A stretch of 64,000 nt of DNA from Aotus nancymaae (lineage: Eukaryota). The translations under genes were made by a program, and so were the position numbers. Below the pieces are notes generated by a model. That model saw nothing but the letters and a program-made list of their open reading frames with translations. It was not told the DNA's origin and made no database searches. Where the stretch lies: positions 6,451,875 through 6,515,874 of the forward strand of contig NW_026988420.1 of the NCBI RefSeq assembly GCF_030222135.1, in the 5' to 3' direction. Position 1 is the first letter of the stretch; each line of letters begins with the position of its first letter. Of this stretch, positions 29,511 through 49,377 are shown one piece after another.

Positions 29511-30056
29511 AACATAAGGAGGCTGATGGACAACAAGAATAGTGGGGGTCGGATAGACAGAGGAGTCCAGGCAGTTGGTAAGAGTACAAGAAGAACGGGA
29601 AATAAAATATTGTCCATTTGTATAGGTAATGTTAATAGAGCCATACAGGAGAGCATATGGAGAAGCAACACAAGCCTTAACATGATAAGCACGAGAGGAG
29701 AAAGCAGAGCTCCAAGAACCTACTCGCCAATAGCTAGGAGCTAAAGCAGTAAAGAGTCTCCAAAGAGAGGTATAAACACGGCCAGAAGAAGTGGAGAAGA
29801 TAGGAACCGGCCGACCAGCAGGAACCTGATATCAATCAATAGTGGTAGCCAGGGGGGCGGCAACAGACCAATCATAAAGGGAAAAACCCAAAGAGAGAGT
29901 TTATGTCAGGGCAGTATGTTGTTTTGGATAACAAAAATTCCAAGGGGGGGAAGGGCCAAAGGATCGATTGCTGGGAGAGCAGCAGGAACGTTCTATAACA
30001 GGAAAAGCAGGGGAAGAGACATTCCAAGATTCTTTGATACCAAGATATGACAGAGT

Positions 30057-30515
30057 TCATGCCCTAAGGATTGAAGTTTCACCCTGTAGGAGAGAGGATG
30101 GGCCTTCATAGGTAACAAGATGTTTCATACCTAATTCAAAACAAAATGGGCTGTTAGTGGAAGGAACAATGGGCAGAAAGGAGAGATGGTCAGAAAGAGA
30201 CAACTCATCCCAAATTTTAGAGGCATAGAAACACATAGGGGGACTGACCGCTTGGGCAGAGTAAGAATAAGTAGCAGTTTGAGGAGTAATATGTGTAGCA
30301 GAAGGAAAACCCAAAAGGGAAGTGTCATTAGTATATACTGGAAAGGCTGGATCAGTCCAGGTAACAAGACGAAGAACAGGAGGGTCAGGCACATAAGCCC
30401 AAAGAACTTGAGAATCAGTTGACACTTGAGCGTGGGCATTGGTTTGACATGATAAGATGGCTAGCATAGCAAGGAACAGAACAGAAGGTGTTCGAGATTG
30501 TCCATTTTCAATCAT
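30057..30515 (-). CDS. ERV env N-terminal (SU) ORF fragment with a signal peptide
   Basis: MIENGQSRTPSVLFLAMLAILSCQTNAHAQVSTDSQVLWAYVPDPPV...NDTSLLGFP... It is separated from the TM ORF by stops and frameshifts across 29510-30057. Confidence 0.45.
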   Translation of the reverse strand: MIENGQSRTPSVLFLAMLAILSCQTNAHAQVSTDSQVLWAYVPDPPVLRLVTWTDPAFPVYTNDTSLLGFPSATHITPQTATYSYSAQAVSPPMCFYASKIWDELSLSDHLSFLPIVPSTNSPFCFELGMKHLVTYEGPSSLLQGETSILRA

Positions 30516-30528
30516 CAGTCAGGAAGCC

Positions 30529-31131
30529 TCAGTGCTGAGCCATCTCATTTGGGCCCACGCTGGGAGAGGCACTCCTCGGGGTGGCGTCAGAGACGGTGAG
30601 TGTTGACAGGGGTGACGGCATCTGCGTGGTGGCTGAGGCATCAGGTAAAGACGGCAAAAGTGAGGGATGAGGCCGTTTGTGTTGCCACAGTGGGCCATGT
30701 TTCACCAAGCGTTCAGGAACCCAGATGGGAGAAGTTGCAGACCTAGGAAAAACACAAACATGTCCTCGTCCCCATATAAGGACTGGATCAGGACCATGCC
30801 ACTGGTTAGAAAGGGAATCTTTCCACAAGACCTCAGCTGTAGATGTATGCTGAGAATGCCAAAAGCGGTCAGCTGGTGAACGGCCATCAGCATCTAAAGT
30901 CAAAAAATTGAGAACATGTAGGGCATGGTTCAACCAATTGTGAGGTGACTTAATTAAAAGGGTAGAGGAAGGTTCATGACGTAATTTCTGTAAAAGAATT
31001 TTCAAAACAGAGTGAAAACGCTCAATGACTGACTCCTTGGCCCTGTGGATTGTATGGAATGCCTGTACGATGAGAGATTTGAAACTGAGAGCAGAAAGAG
31101 GCAAAAGCCTTACTGACATAAGCCGGTCCAT
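30529..31131 (-). CDS. ERV pol integrase C-terminal ORF fragment. An N-terminal IN piece also lies at about 31175-31375.
   Basis: [57 protein letters not shown]...[65 protein letters not shown]. Upstream, ...GKAFLSHFAVASAHLGEAAKDVVAHCL resembles AKDIVQHC at the IN zinc-finger start. Confidence 0.6.
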   Translation of the reverse strand: MDRLMSVRLLPLSALSFKSLIVQAFHTIHRAKESVIERFHSVLKILLQKLRHEPSSTLLIKSPHNWLNHALHVLNFLTLDADGRSPADRFWHSQHTSTAEVLWKDSLSNQWHGPDPVLIWGRGHVCVFPRSATSPIWVPERLVKHGPLWQHKRPHPSLLPSLPDASATTQMPSPLSTLTVSDATPRSASPSVGPNEMAQH

Positions 31132-31377
31132 TGTCTGTCTTTAGAATTTTGGGAACACCTAGAATGGAAAAAACTCACAAGCAGTGAGCAACAACATCTT
31201 TAGCAGCTTCCCCCAGATGGGCAGAAGCAACAGCAAAATGAGACAGAAAAGCCTTCCCAAGAAGGCCAGGTACAAACAAGCCCAGACTGCACAGACTATA
31301 ATGAACAACGAAGACTTCAGTGACCAGACACCAACAAGCATCCACAAGCATCAAGATAATCCAGGAAAACATGGCTT

Positions 31378-31667
31378 CCTGAGATGGGGTTTTGCTCTTG
31401 TTGCCCAGGCTGGAGTGCAATGGCACAATCTTGGCTCACTGCAACCTCTGCCTCCCCTGGTTTAAGTGATTCTCCTGCCTCAGCCTCCAGAGCAGCTGGA
31501 ATTACAGGCGCCTGCCACCACACCCGGCTAATTTTTTGTATTTTTAGCAGAGATGGGGTTTCACCATGTTGGCCGGGCTGGTCTTGAACTCCAGACTTCA
31601 GGTGATCCACCCACCTCAGCCTCCCAAAGTGCTGAGATGTCAGGCATGAGCCACTGCACCCAGCCCA
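31378..31667 (-). mobile_element. Alu (minus orientation, 3' tail truncated), abutting the ERV fragment
   Basis: gagatggggttttgctcttgttgcccaggctggagtgcaatggcacaatcttggctcactgcaacc ... gtcaggcatgagccactgcacccagcc. Confidence 0.9.
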
Positions 31668-31765
31668 TTTAAACAATTTTTAAATGTACAACCCAGTAAC
31701 ATTAATTACATTGACAATGCTGTACAACCATCACCACTACCTATATTCAAAATTTTTCTGGTATT
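31668..31765 (-). mobile_element. L1 3'-end fragment (minus orientation)
   Basis: The reverse complement reads aaaattttgaatataggtagtggtgatggttgtacagcattgtcaatgtaattaatgttactgggttgtacatttaaaaattgtttaaatg, the canonical L1 3' terminus. Compare the + strand copy at 15890-15975. Confidence 0.7.
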
Positions 31766-31789
31766 TTGTTGTTGTTGTTGTTGTTGTTG

Positions 31790-32230
31790 TTTGTTGGTTT
31801 TGAGATGAAATCTTGCTCTGTTGCCCAGGCTGAAGTGCAGTGGTGCAATCTTGGCTCACTGCAACGCCCCCCTTCCCAGGTTCAAGCGATTCTCCTGCCT
31901 CAGCCTCCTGAGTAGCTGGGATTACAAGTGCACACCACCAGGCCTGTCTAATTTTTGTATTTTTAGTAGAGATGGGGTTTCACCCTGTTGGCCAAGCTGA
32001 TCTCAATTCCCTGACCTCGTGATCCACCCACTTCGGCCTCCCAAAGTGCTGGGATTACAGGTGTGAGCCACTGAGCCCAGCCTCAATGTGACTTTTTATT
32101 GTGATGTTAACCCTGATCACTTGGTTAAGATGCTGTCTCCATCATAAAGTTACCATTTTTCCCTTTCCCGGCACTGTTCATTAGAAAACAGTCATTAAGT
32201 CCAGCCACACCCAAAAAGAGAGGAGTTAGA
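31790..32230 (-). repeat. Inverted duplicate of 25807-26245: a minus-strand Alu at 31790-32085 plus segment X' at 32090-32230
   Basis: See the feature at 25807-26245. The Alu-X junction is identical, and the X body is about 90% identical. Confidence 0.7.
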
Positions 32231-32235
32231 TTCAA

Positions 32236-32650
32236 AAGACATAGAATGGCTGAATGGATTAAAAATCCAAAATCTACAATCTGCTGCCTACAAGAAACAC
32301 ACTTCACCTACAAAGATACACATAGACTGAAAATAAAGGGACAGAAAAGATATTCCACGCAAATGGAAACCAAAAAAGAGCAAGAGTAACTATAATTACA
32401 TCAGACAAAACAGATTCAAGACAAAAACTATAAAAAGAGATTTAAAAGGTCATTATATAATGATAAAGGAGTCACTACAGCAAGAGGATATAACAGTTGT
32501 ACATATGTATGCACCAAACACTGAAGCAACCAGAGATACAAAGCAAATATTATTAGATAGAGAGATAGATCCCAATACAATAATAGCTAGAGACTTTAAT
32601 GCCCCACTTTCAGCATTGGACAGATCATCCAGACAGAAAATTAACAAAGG
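32236..32650 (+). mobile_element. L1 ORF2 N-terminal (endonuclease) fragment
   Basis: ...KRHRMAEWIKNPKSTICCLQETHFTYKDTHRLKIKGQKRYSTQMETKKEQE...HYIMIKESLQQEDITVVHMYAPNTEATRDTKQILLDREIDPNTIIARDFNAPLSALDRSSRQKINK. Confidence 0.8.
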
Positions 32651-33180
<530 letters not shown>

Positions 33181-33191
33181 TAACCAACCTA

Positions 33192-33527
<336 letters not shown>

Positions 33528-33899
33528 CTAAAAGATTATATTTGAATTTTTTGTGACACAAAGGATGAATGCTTGAGGAGATGGTTACCTCATTTACCCT
33601 GATGTGATTATTATACATTGTATGCCTATATTAAAATATCTTATATATTCCATAAATATATACACACATACTATGTACCCACAAAAATTAAAAATTTTAA
33701 ACATCATGAGACCTATAAATTTGGAGAGAAGAGCTGCATCTCCTGTAAAGGGTTGCAGCCTGCAGGTGGTCATCCTTTCAGGCTGGGAAGCACATCCTTT
33801 CCAAGAGACAGAAAGCAGGCACTTCAGAGAAAAAAAGGAGAGGCTGTAATTTGGATCCAGTGAGATTAGCGATACATATATATTCAGTAGGGTACAGGA

Positions 33900-34780
33900 T
33901 AATCTTACAAATATTTGTAAGGGAGGCCTAAAGCATGCAGACTGGATAAACATGTATATTACATGTGACCCATGTTCGCCTTGAAGTGGAGCCTTAATAT
34001 TTCAGACGAGATCCGGCACATTTGGGGTAGTATGGCCGTGGACGAGCCTTAATATTTCAATGCATTACAGTCAGGCCCTATACATCAAAAAATGAGGCAG
34101 TGATGCAAAGGCACTCAGTGCACAGCCTCTGTGAACTGGCCAGAACCAGTCCATGGTCGGTGATCTCTTACCAAGAGAAAGTTACTGAGATCAGTCTCTT
34201 GTCCAATCAAAGCTGTAGCTACGGCTGGTGGAATGGGGGTGTTGGGGCCAGTTAGGCAGTGTGTGGAGGTCAGAGGAGCTGTAATTGTTTCAGTATTGCT
34301 TATCTTCACATTAGTTCTTGTTTACCTGCTAGAGAAAAAACAAACAAAAACCCTTGCAGCATTTGGAGCATAATTGATTCTTTAAGTGCAGGGGTTCACC
34401 ACCTAACCCTTGCCTGGCATGGTCTTGTTTATAACTTGATATCTCACTGCCACAAAGACTCCGTTCTATTAGTCTTATGATCTCTATTTTACCATCAACG
34501 TTGGTCAGTTGTATTTAAACCACAAAAGGGAGGGGCTGTAAAGAGGCATGTGACCCTACCATCCCATCATGGCCCGATGCTCGGTTTTTAAGGTTTCTGT
34601 AGGGTCCTCATGGCTAAGAGGGGGTCTGATCAGTCGAGTGGGGGTTATTGTTTTTTCTTATTCCTTAGTAGGAAGCCAGGTCTTAGGGAGGGGTGGGGAA
34701 TCTGGGGTGAGGAGGAAGGGGCCAAATTTTGCAGGCAGAGCTCCCAGATGGAACAGCATGACCTGTGCAAATGTGTGCTG
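33900..34780 (-). repeat. Possible solo LTR or unclassified interspersed repeat (family not recognised)
   Basis: An internal ~40-bp near-duplicate (gagccttaatatttcagacgagatccggcacatttgggg / gagccttaatatttcaatgcattacag), a purine-rich block (ggaggggtggggaatctggggtgaggaggaagggg), and a TATA-like gtatttaaaccacaaaagggagggg. There is no coding signal. Confidence 0.2.
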
Positions 34781-35537
34781 AGGTTCACATAGAAGAAAGG
34801 CAGCCTTGGGCAGGCCATCTAGAAGGAAGGGTGGTGGAGATGAGGTGGGGCAGGAAGGGAGGTGAGCTTCAGGGCCTGGGAAGCCCTCCTTAAGGCCCCA
34901 TCATTCAGACCATTCAAGTGTGTGAAGCAGATTTAATTTTCTAAAGGCTCATTCTGCAGACTGGAGGCAAATAGAAAACAAAGAAAGAACCAAAGCTACA
35001 CGAGAGCAAAGATTTTCTCTCTGTTCCCTAGTGCTTAGCACAAAGAAGGTTATCAGAACAGGTTTGTTGCTGGGCGAGCACAGGAATGGAGTGTTTACAG
35101 AGGGTTGGAGGAGGACAGGGGCCTGTGGGGGCAGCAGCGGGGAGGCTGTGAGCTAATCCAGGTGAGAGTTGAGGCCAGGATGTACACAGAGGAAGATTAA
35201 AGGAGTGAGCAAACTGGGTTTCCAGCTACAGGTAGCACCTCTGCTTCCTGAACCGGCTCCTCGCCCCTTCTCTCCTTCCTCATCCCACCCTAAATCTGCT
35301 ATTTTTCCTTCTGTCCCTCCCCAGGGCATCACTAAAGAGTGTGGACTTGCAATTTTCCCTAACTCACCTGCTCCTAAAGCAAGACGCAGCCCTTCTGAAG
35401 TTCTCAAAGAATATTTTGATAGTTGGTAGTGTAGGGGAGAAAAGATTTCTCACCCAGTGCAAATTTCATAGCTGAGGCACCTGTCATAAAAGACAGATTA
35501 ACAAGAGAAAAGCATACACATTTATTTAAGTGTTTTT

Positions 35538-35830
35538 TTGTTTGTTTATTTTGAGACAGAGTTTCGCTCTTGTTGCCTGGGCTGGAGTGCAATGGTGCTA
35601 TCTTGGCTCACAATCTCCAGCTCCCAGATTAAAGTGATTCTCCTGCCTCAGCCTCCCAAGTAGCTGGATTACAGGCATGTGCCACCACGCCTAGCTAATT
35701 TTTTATTTTTAGTAGAGACGGGGTTTCTCCATGTTGGTCAGGCTGGTCTCGAACTCCCGACCTCAGGTGATCCGCTCACCTCAGCCTCCCAAAGTGCTGG
35801 GATTACAGGCCTGAGCCACCGTGCCCGGCC
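35538..35830 (-). mobile_element. Alu (minus orientation)
   Basis: tttgagacagagtttcgctcttgttgcctgggctggagtgcaatggtgctatcttggctcac ... gggattacaggcctgagccaccgtgcccggcc. Confidence 0.9.
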
Positions 35831-38800
35831 CATTTATTTAAGTTTTATATGACACAGGAGCCTTTTTGTAGCTCTCTAATTATACTGTCTTAAAACTCCT
35901 GCAGCATCTGAAATATGTCAATATTATTTATAATGTTTAAGTTAAACAAGAGACATTATTATGAGAATGACACATCACTTATAAAATGTAGTCTTTTATA
36001 CAATAAATTCAGAGGCTAACTCTAACTTGAGACTTGCTTAAATAAATAAAAAACCACAAAAATAAAATTCCTACTTATTTTAAGTTTAGATAATAGGAAA
36101 CATATATGTATTATGATGTTTAGATTAATCTGACAAAAAGTACAATTAATACCGGTATACTGAAAATAACAACTACATCATGGTGGTAAGAACTAAGCTC
36201 TGATTTTTATCTTATCCAAATTCCTATCTAGGAGTCTGGGGAGTCATGCCCTAGAAACCATAAATTCTCATCAGATGGGTTTTATTTAACCCTATATATT
36301 GTGACTTATATTTTAATCTGACTCTGGCATAACATTATGAGATGAGGGAAAAAAATATTTAACCCCAAAATATATTTCCTTGCCATCCCTTGAAATTGCC
36401 CTGCAAAATCTCTTATGGGAAAAATCCACATTCTATAGAGAATCCCCTTGCCCCTTTGTTTTCCTTCCTCCCAGATCCAGGAGATAATAACCAGGCAGCC
36501 TTTTAAGTCCAATAAAAACAATGTACAACCTGCTGACTCCAAAGTGTGTTATCAAAGAGCTTCCTCTGCTCAATAAAACTTGGTCTCCACAATTCTTCAT
36601 CCATAACCTGAGCATTCCTTTCTATTGATCCCAAGTCTTTAGACAAACTCAACTAATCATCAACTAGAAAATGTTTAAATTTACCTGTAGCCTGGAAGCC
36701 CCCACTTTGAGTCGTTCTAACTTCCTAAACCAAATCTGTGTATTTCTGAAATGTATTTGGTTGATGTTTCATGCCTTCCTAAAATATATAAAACCAAGCT
36801 GAACCCCAACCACCTTGGGCACGTGTACTCAGAACCTCCTGAGACCTGGGTCATGGGCCACGGTCACTCATATTTGGCTCAAATAAATCTCTTCAAATGT
36901 TTTACAGAATTTGACTCTTTTTATCCACTTCGATCATGATAATATGATATCCAGTGCCTTTACAAATTTTGGGTGCAAAGACATTTTTCTGACAGGTTTA
37001 GGAATAGTTTGACAGTTTTCTGCAATGTTTTTGTGACAATAACGTTATAGACAGACTTTATAAAATGGGCAACATGACAAAATCATTACTAGCCAGGCTT
37101 TGTCAAAGTAATAACTCTATACCAGATAAAGGAAGAAGGCTTTATCAAAGAAATCTTATATTATCATTCATTAACACTATGTAAAATGTGCAGTTTTACA
37201 TGACTTGAACTAAGAAACTACTAATGTTATTATTTTCTTTTCTTCCAAAGGCTCTTCTCCTAAATATTTCCTGCGTGCAATAGATTTTATTAGTTCATTA
37301 TACCCCAGTCACAAATACTTTCATAATATACACATTACTTAATTACAAATCAAATACTTTTCTTGATAGACTGTTTACTTTTATCCTGAAGAAGTGTTAA
37401 CTCTCTGGATAGATAATACTTTTTGCATAATAAATTTAATTAAAGGTCATTCTTTTTTTTCCCCCTCCTAACTCTGAAAGAGTACAGGGTAGAAGTAGTT
37501 GCCTCTATTCCAATCCTGGAGCTGCCTCTCCCTACATAAATCCTCTTCCAGCCTTTTGCTAACTTTTGAATATTTTACCACACAAATGACGGCTGAGGGC
37601 AACTGCTTTGGGAAAGAGATACCAGGTCAGGTTTACAGGGTCACAGGGAAAAGGGACAGACTTAGAACACTGGGAGGGAGCTGTCACAAAAGGGGCTTAT
37701 GAGAGCTTTCAGAAGGGTTGATGGCCCCAGTTTTGTCCAGACTGGGGCAGTTCTGTTCATCAGTGAAAACTGGCAAATATGAAATGACTTTCAAAATTCC
37801 TTGCATTTTCTTCTTGCTTTACCATTAAATCACCTATTTTCCTAATAATTCCCTTAATAGAAATTCAGAACTGTTGTCACCCATTGAATGACTTAATACA
37901 GTGCCTGGCACAGGTCATAGAAGGAAAACAGAGAGAAAAGCATCTTGGTGACGTTAATCACTGTCCTATTCAGTTATAGACAAAAGTGACATCAATGGCT
38001 TTGGAAGTGTGTAGAGCAACAGCTTAGGAGAAACTGAACATTGTCAGAGGAAATAAAAAAGCTTATTAGACTGATCATCTTCATTTTATGCCATATGCCA
38101 ACGAAATCAAAAGCTTAATTCAGTAGGAGCTAATTCCTAATGAATTAAAAAACGTAAGCTTTACATTAAACCATTCTTCCTTTCTCCATGGTCTTTATGT
38201 TTATTTCCAAGTGGAGAGTATGTTTCAGATGGTGGAGGTGGCTAGAAGTCCAACATTGATAAGGGAACACACTTGAAACTTCAATTGTACTTTTTCATTA
38301 AAGATCAGTAGCTGACAAAATTATACACAGGAAAACAATGTACCAGCGAATTTCAGCTAATTGAAAAACTTGTCTCATAACTGGTAGTTTTCACACTACA
38401 TCCCAAATCAATCTAAGTTTCCACACAGGACACTGCAGGATTGAAAGATAAGGAAGTCACAGCTTCAGAGCTGGACTTTTGTCTTACTGAATACAGTTTC
38501 ATAGACATTTTGTTAAAACGGAAAGTGCTATTTTTCAATTTTTTTAAGGTATGCCACCAATGTAGCTAAAGTCCCTAGTTTTTCCTAAGAGGCAATACAG
38601 GCTCAGAGAGATTGTAGCTTGCCTGAGGTCACAAAGTGAATTAGCTACATACAGGCCAGGAATGGGCATTAGGTCTCCTTACTGAGCCTGGAGTTCTATG
38701 CCAGCTGCTTCCTTCTTATTCAGAAAACAGACATAAATTTTAAAATAAAACTCAGAGAAAATGCATATGTAAAACTGTCACATAGCTCAATAATGTTTAG

Positions 38801-41337
38801 GCATGATGCAGAAAAGAGAAGTTTTCTAAACTGCAATTAATGTCAGAACTTCTGTTAGTAGCAGTGAATGTACTCAATGTATAAAGAACATTTTTTAAGT
38901 CACTAAACAAGGAACATGAAATAAACAGCCTTTAGTTGAACTAAGCAAGCTGAAGTTGAGAAAAATTCTTCCTCAAAAGAACTATTAATTTTCTCCAAAT
39001 AAAACATGGTTTACCACAATCAATTAATAAGTCAATTATCTATGTTGTAGGTTATTTATAGCAAAATTGGAAACACAAAACAGATTTCTCTTTTTCATCT
39101 AGCACACTTCTGTCCACCTTTTCATCATTACAAAGACATGGATTTAATTTCAATTACAATTGAAATCCAGGCAGAAATGATAGGAGAACCCTGGTTTCCC
39201 TGGCCTCACATTTCCACATGAGGACTTACACTACACTCTCTCTACCTTCCTCTTGGAAAGATTTACCAAAACTGTGAATTTGTGCTCACCTGGTTCTGTG
39301 TTTCTGCTTTGAAATGATGTGTCTGCCCACAGTGACATGAATTCAAGTCAGCTGTCATCTCTGCAGCAGGCAGCCCCTTTGGAGATGGGTATCAAGAACC
39401 TGCTTTCTCCACTTATAACTGTGTAGGTGAGTGCCTAATCTGGGATGAAGTGTTCAGAAGCCCACTGTGCCTGCACATCTGAGCCACATCCCCCATTAGT
39501 GATTCTGAGTCAGTAATAAAAGCTAGTACATTGATGCGTATCTATCTAACTACTATGTTCTCAACTTTGAAGGGGATTTGTTGCTTTCATTTATAGTTAA
39601 TATATTTTCAGTAACTTTTGATGTTTTCAAAATAAACTGTGATAGCATTCTCTATTTTAAGGATTATTTAAGTGTTGTAAAAGTAAATAGGCACTCAAGT
39701 GTCATAGAATCAACTGTTTGCCCACTTAAACCACTGACATTTAATATCAAATTTAAATAGGCTAATGAATGGAGGAAATGATAGTTGTCAGTCTGTAATT
39801 ATGAAATACATATAGTTTGTCACAGAGAAAATAACTGGGGAACAGTCTGCTGGTTGAGGAGCTAAAGGATTCAGTACAGAGCCACACATCTATTTAAAGA
39901 TCTTGTGAAAAAAGTGAAGAGAAAGAATGGGAAGAAGGTGAGAGAGTGCCTGAAACTTTCAAAGGATAAAACGACTACTGAACATTTGACTAAGAAGATA
40001 CAAGAAAGTAGAAACAGAAGGAATCATATAGAACATATAACTGATGTAACAAAAAGGTTTATCAAACACTGTCTTTGTATCCTGAATAAATAGCACAACT
40101 ATTATGATACTTTGATTGGAGTTAAAATTCAGAGCAGACAGGCACTGCTTTCATGATGCAAACAGGCCTCTTTACAGTCAGGAAGAAATGCAACTCATTC
40201 TGTTGAGACACAATGCTCCACCGTGAAAAAAAATCAAACATTTAGAAATGTTGTTTTGGCTCAGATGTACCTGTATAACCACATTTAGAAAGAGTTGCTA
40301 AATAGAATGCATCTTTGAGAAAGAGAGAAATTACTTAAGCATTTCTGAATGTGTCAGTAATGCACCCCAAATCCAAAGCCAGTCAATGTAAAAAAGAGTC
40401 TTCCTATTTAAAACATTAAAAGTAAACATTTACTACAGTGACTGCTGTGGGCCCTGTATTCTGTTAGGGACATACGTGTTAAATAATGCTTGAACATACA
40501 CAATTTTTAAACCAGATAAGTTTTACCTTTTATAAAATTAGAATCATTTTTTAAGATTCTGGTGATCAGATCATTACTCTATGTGCAAAAAACTCCCACA
40601 GCGAAGTAGCTGTTCAGGCTAATTTTAAGTTTGCTTTTTATAACATTATAATTAAAAGAGGAACCAATAGAATTTTAAAACTACTTCTGATATATAAAAC
40701 AAAGCATACCAGAATTAAACTAGAATGTACAAACTGAAAGTAAAACTTAGCAAAACGTGCAGTAATCCCTAATCACTCCATCGCTAACAGATTAGTGGTG
40801 AAGCTAGACTTCACAGAACAGTGAGAAATGCCATTAAGGCTGAACATTATGAACATAGAAAAAAACCGCTTCAACCACCAGCACAACTGAAATCATATAC
40901 TAGAGAAATAAGTTATTATAGTAATTTTCCTTAAAGTTAGGAAAAATGCTCAGTAAGGTAAAACTTCATAGGAATATTTCAAAATGTTAAACTCTTGCAA
41001 ATAAAACCGATGGCTAATAAGCATTAACGCAGTGTTAACATTTTACTTTCTAGAAGCATAGCTAAAAGTCTCTAAACGCCTTGGTGTTTTATCATGCTCC
41101 ATCCAAAAACCCACCCTTTTCTATCATTTTAGGAAGTATGTTACCACCTCTCATAGTGTTATTTGATGTTTTCCTAGGGCAGATACTTACATTCCTAGCA
41201 ACTCTAGGAGTCACCTTCTTTCTGTAACTCTAATCATTCTGTAAACAACAACTGTGTAAGAATTCTTTTAAGGCGTTCTGCAGTGATTGTGGAGACACAT
41301 CTCTTTGTATCTTGACAGAAAGTACTTTTCAAGCTTT

Positions 41338-41637
<300 letters not shown>

Positions 41638-41826
41638 ATCTTTTTTTATTGTCTAATATGATTTGGCAAACCAATGCCCCACAAGAATACCATTACACCT
41701 TGAAACAACTACATTAAGTGTACAATAAACTGTTGTTCAACTTACTGAGAAATCCTAAAAATAAACACCCATTTCACACACCCCCACAAAATAAAGGGAA
41801 AATATTTTCTGAAAAAATCTTCCCTT

Positions 41827-48832
<7,006 letters not shown>

Positions 48833-49185
48833 TAAACAAATGAACAATGTGACTGACTTAAGAGCAATTCAAAGGTATGATCTAATTTCTAAATAATAAT
48901 TTGTTTTTCCTCATATTCCTGTTTTGTGCCAACTCTTCTTAATTAGCAAATGAATTTCTAATGAGAATCACTATTCTGAAATATCAATTTGTTGTAATAA
49001 TGATGGAAATGAAGACACTGAAACAGAGAAACAAGTGCTAGCTTTCTTCTGTAAATCTATAAAACAAATTGCTCTAAGAGAAGTAGAGGAAACATATTCA
49101 ATGTACATATCCAAAATACAACTTGCAGTGAAATGAATGAAAGAACATAAAAGATAAATAAACTAACCTCTAAGAATAGGTTTAC

Positions 49186-49377
49186 TTCTTCTAATTTTTC
49201 TGTTAACTCCCATCTTGATTGTTCTTTAATCTCCATTATAAAACGTTCAAATTGTCCACATTCCACCATATTTATTTCCATATGACTTTTCAGATTTACT
49301 ACTACTTGTTCCAACTTCTCTTTATGCTTCTGAAGTTTTTCACATTTCTTCTGTATTGTTTTCATAAATAATGAATT
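49186..49377 (-). pseudogene. ANKRD26-like family (ANKRD26/ANKRD36/CCDC144/ANKRD20A-type) coiled-coil exon: NSLFMKTIQKKCEKLQKHKEKLEQVVVNLKSHMEINMVECGQFERFIMEIKEQSRWELTEKLEE
   Basis: Minus-strand acceptor ttcaacag|AATTCATT (+ strand 49378-49383) and donor GAAGAA|GTAAAC (+ strand 49180-49185). The peptide resembles ANKRD26 ...MKTVQKKCEKLQKNKKKLEQEVINLRSHIE..., as I remember it. Confidence 0.55.

Larger units (their letters stand above)
28713..31375 (-). mobile_element. Class II (betaretrovirus-like, HERV-K superfamily) ERV internal fragment: pol integrase C-terminal part plus env. It is 5'-truncated, with no gag/pro/RT and no 5' LTR in the window.
   Basis: Minus-strand translations show integrase ([14 protein letters not shown]..., ...[28 protein letters not shown], resembling HERV-K IN ...ERTNRTLKTQL... 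and ...[28 protein letters not shown]), env SU with an N-terminal signal peptide, and env TM (...LGDKVYNMQSRLLLLGHVDFKYICVTN...HLQG..NLSLD..LQQQI, resembling HERV-K TM ...[28 protein letters not shown]...HLQG..NLTLD..LKEQI). Confidence 0.75.

Noticed and set aside
28787-29692. Alternative-frame minus-strand ORFs (109 and 117 aa) overlapping the env TM region
   Set aside because: They are out of frame relative to the env TM reading frame, which has clear retroviral homology. They are low-complexity and leucine-rich, typical overprinting noise.
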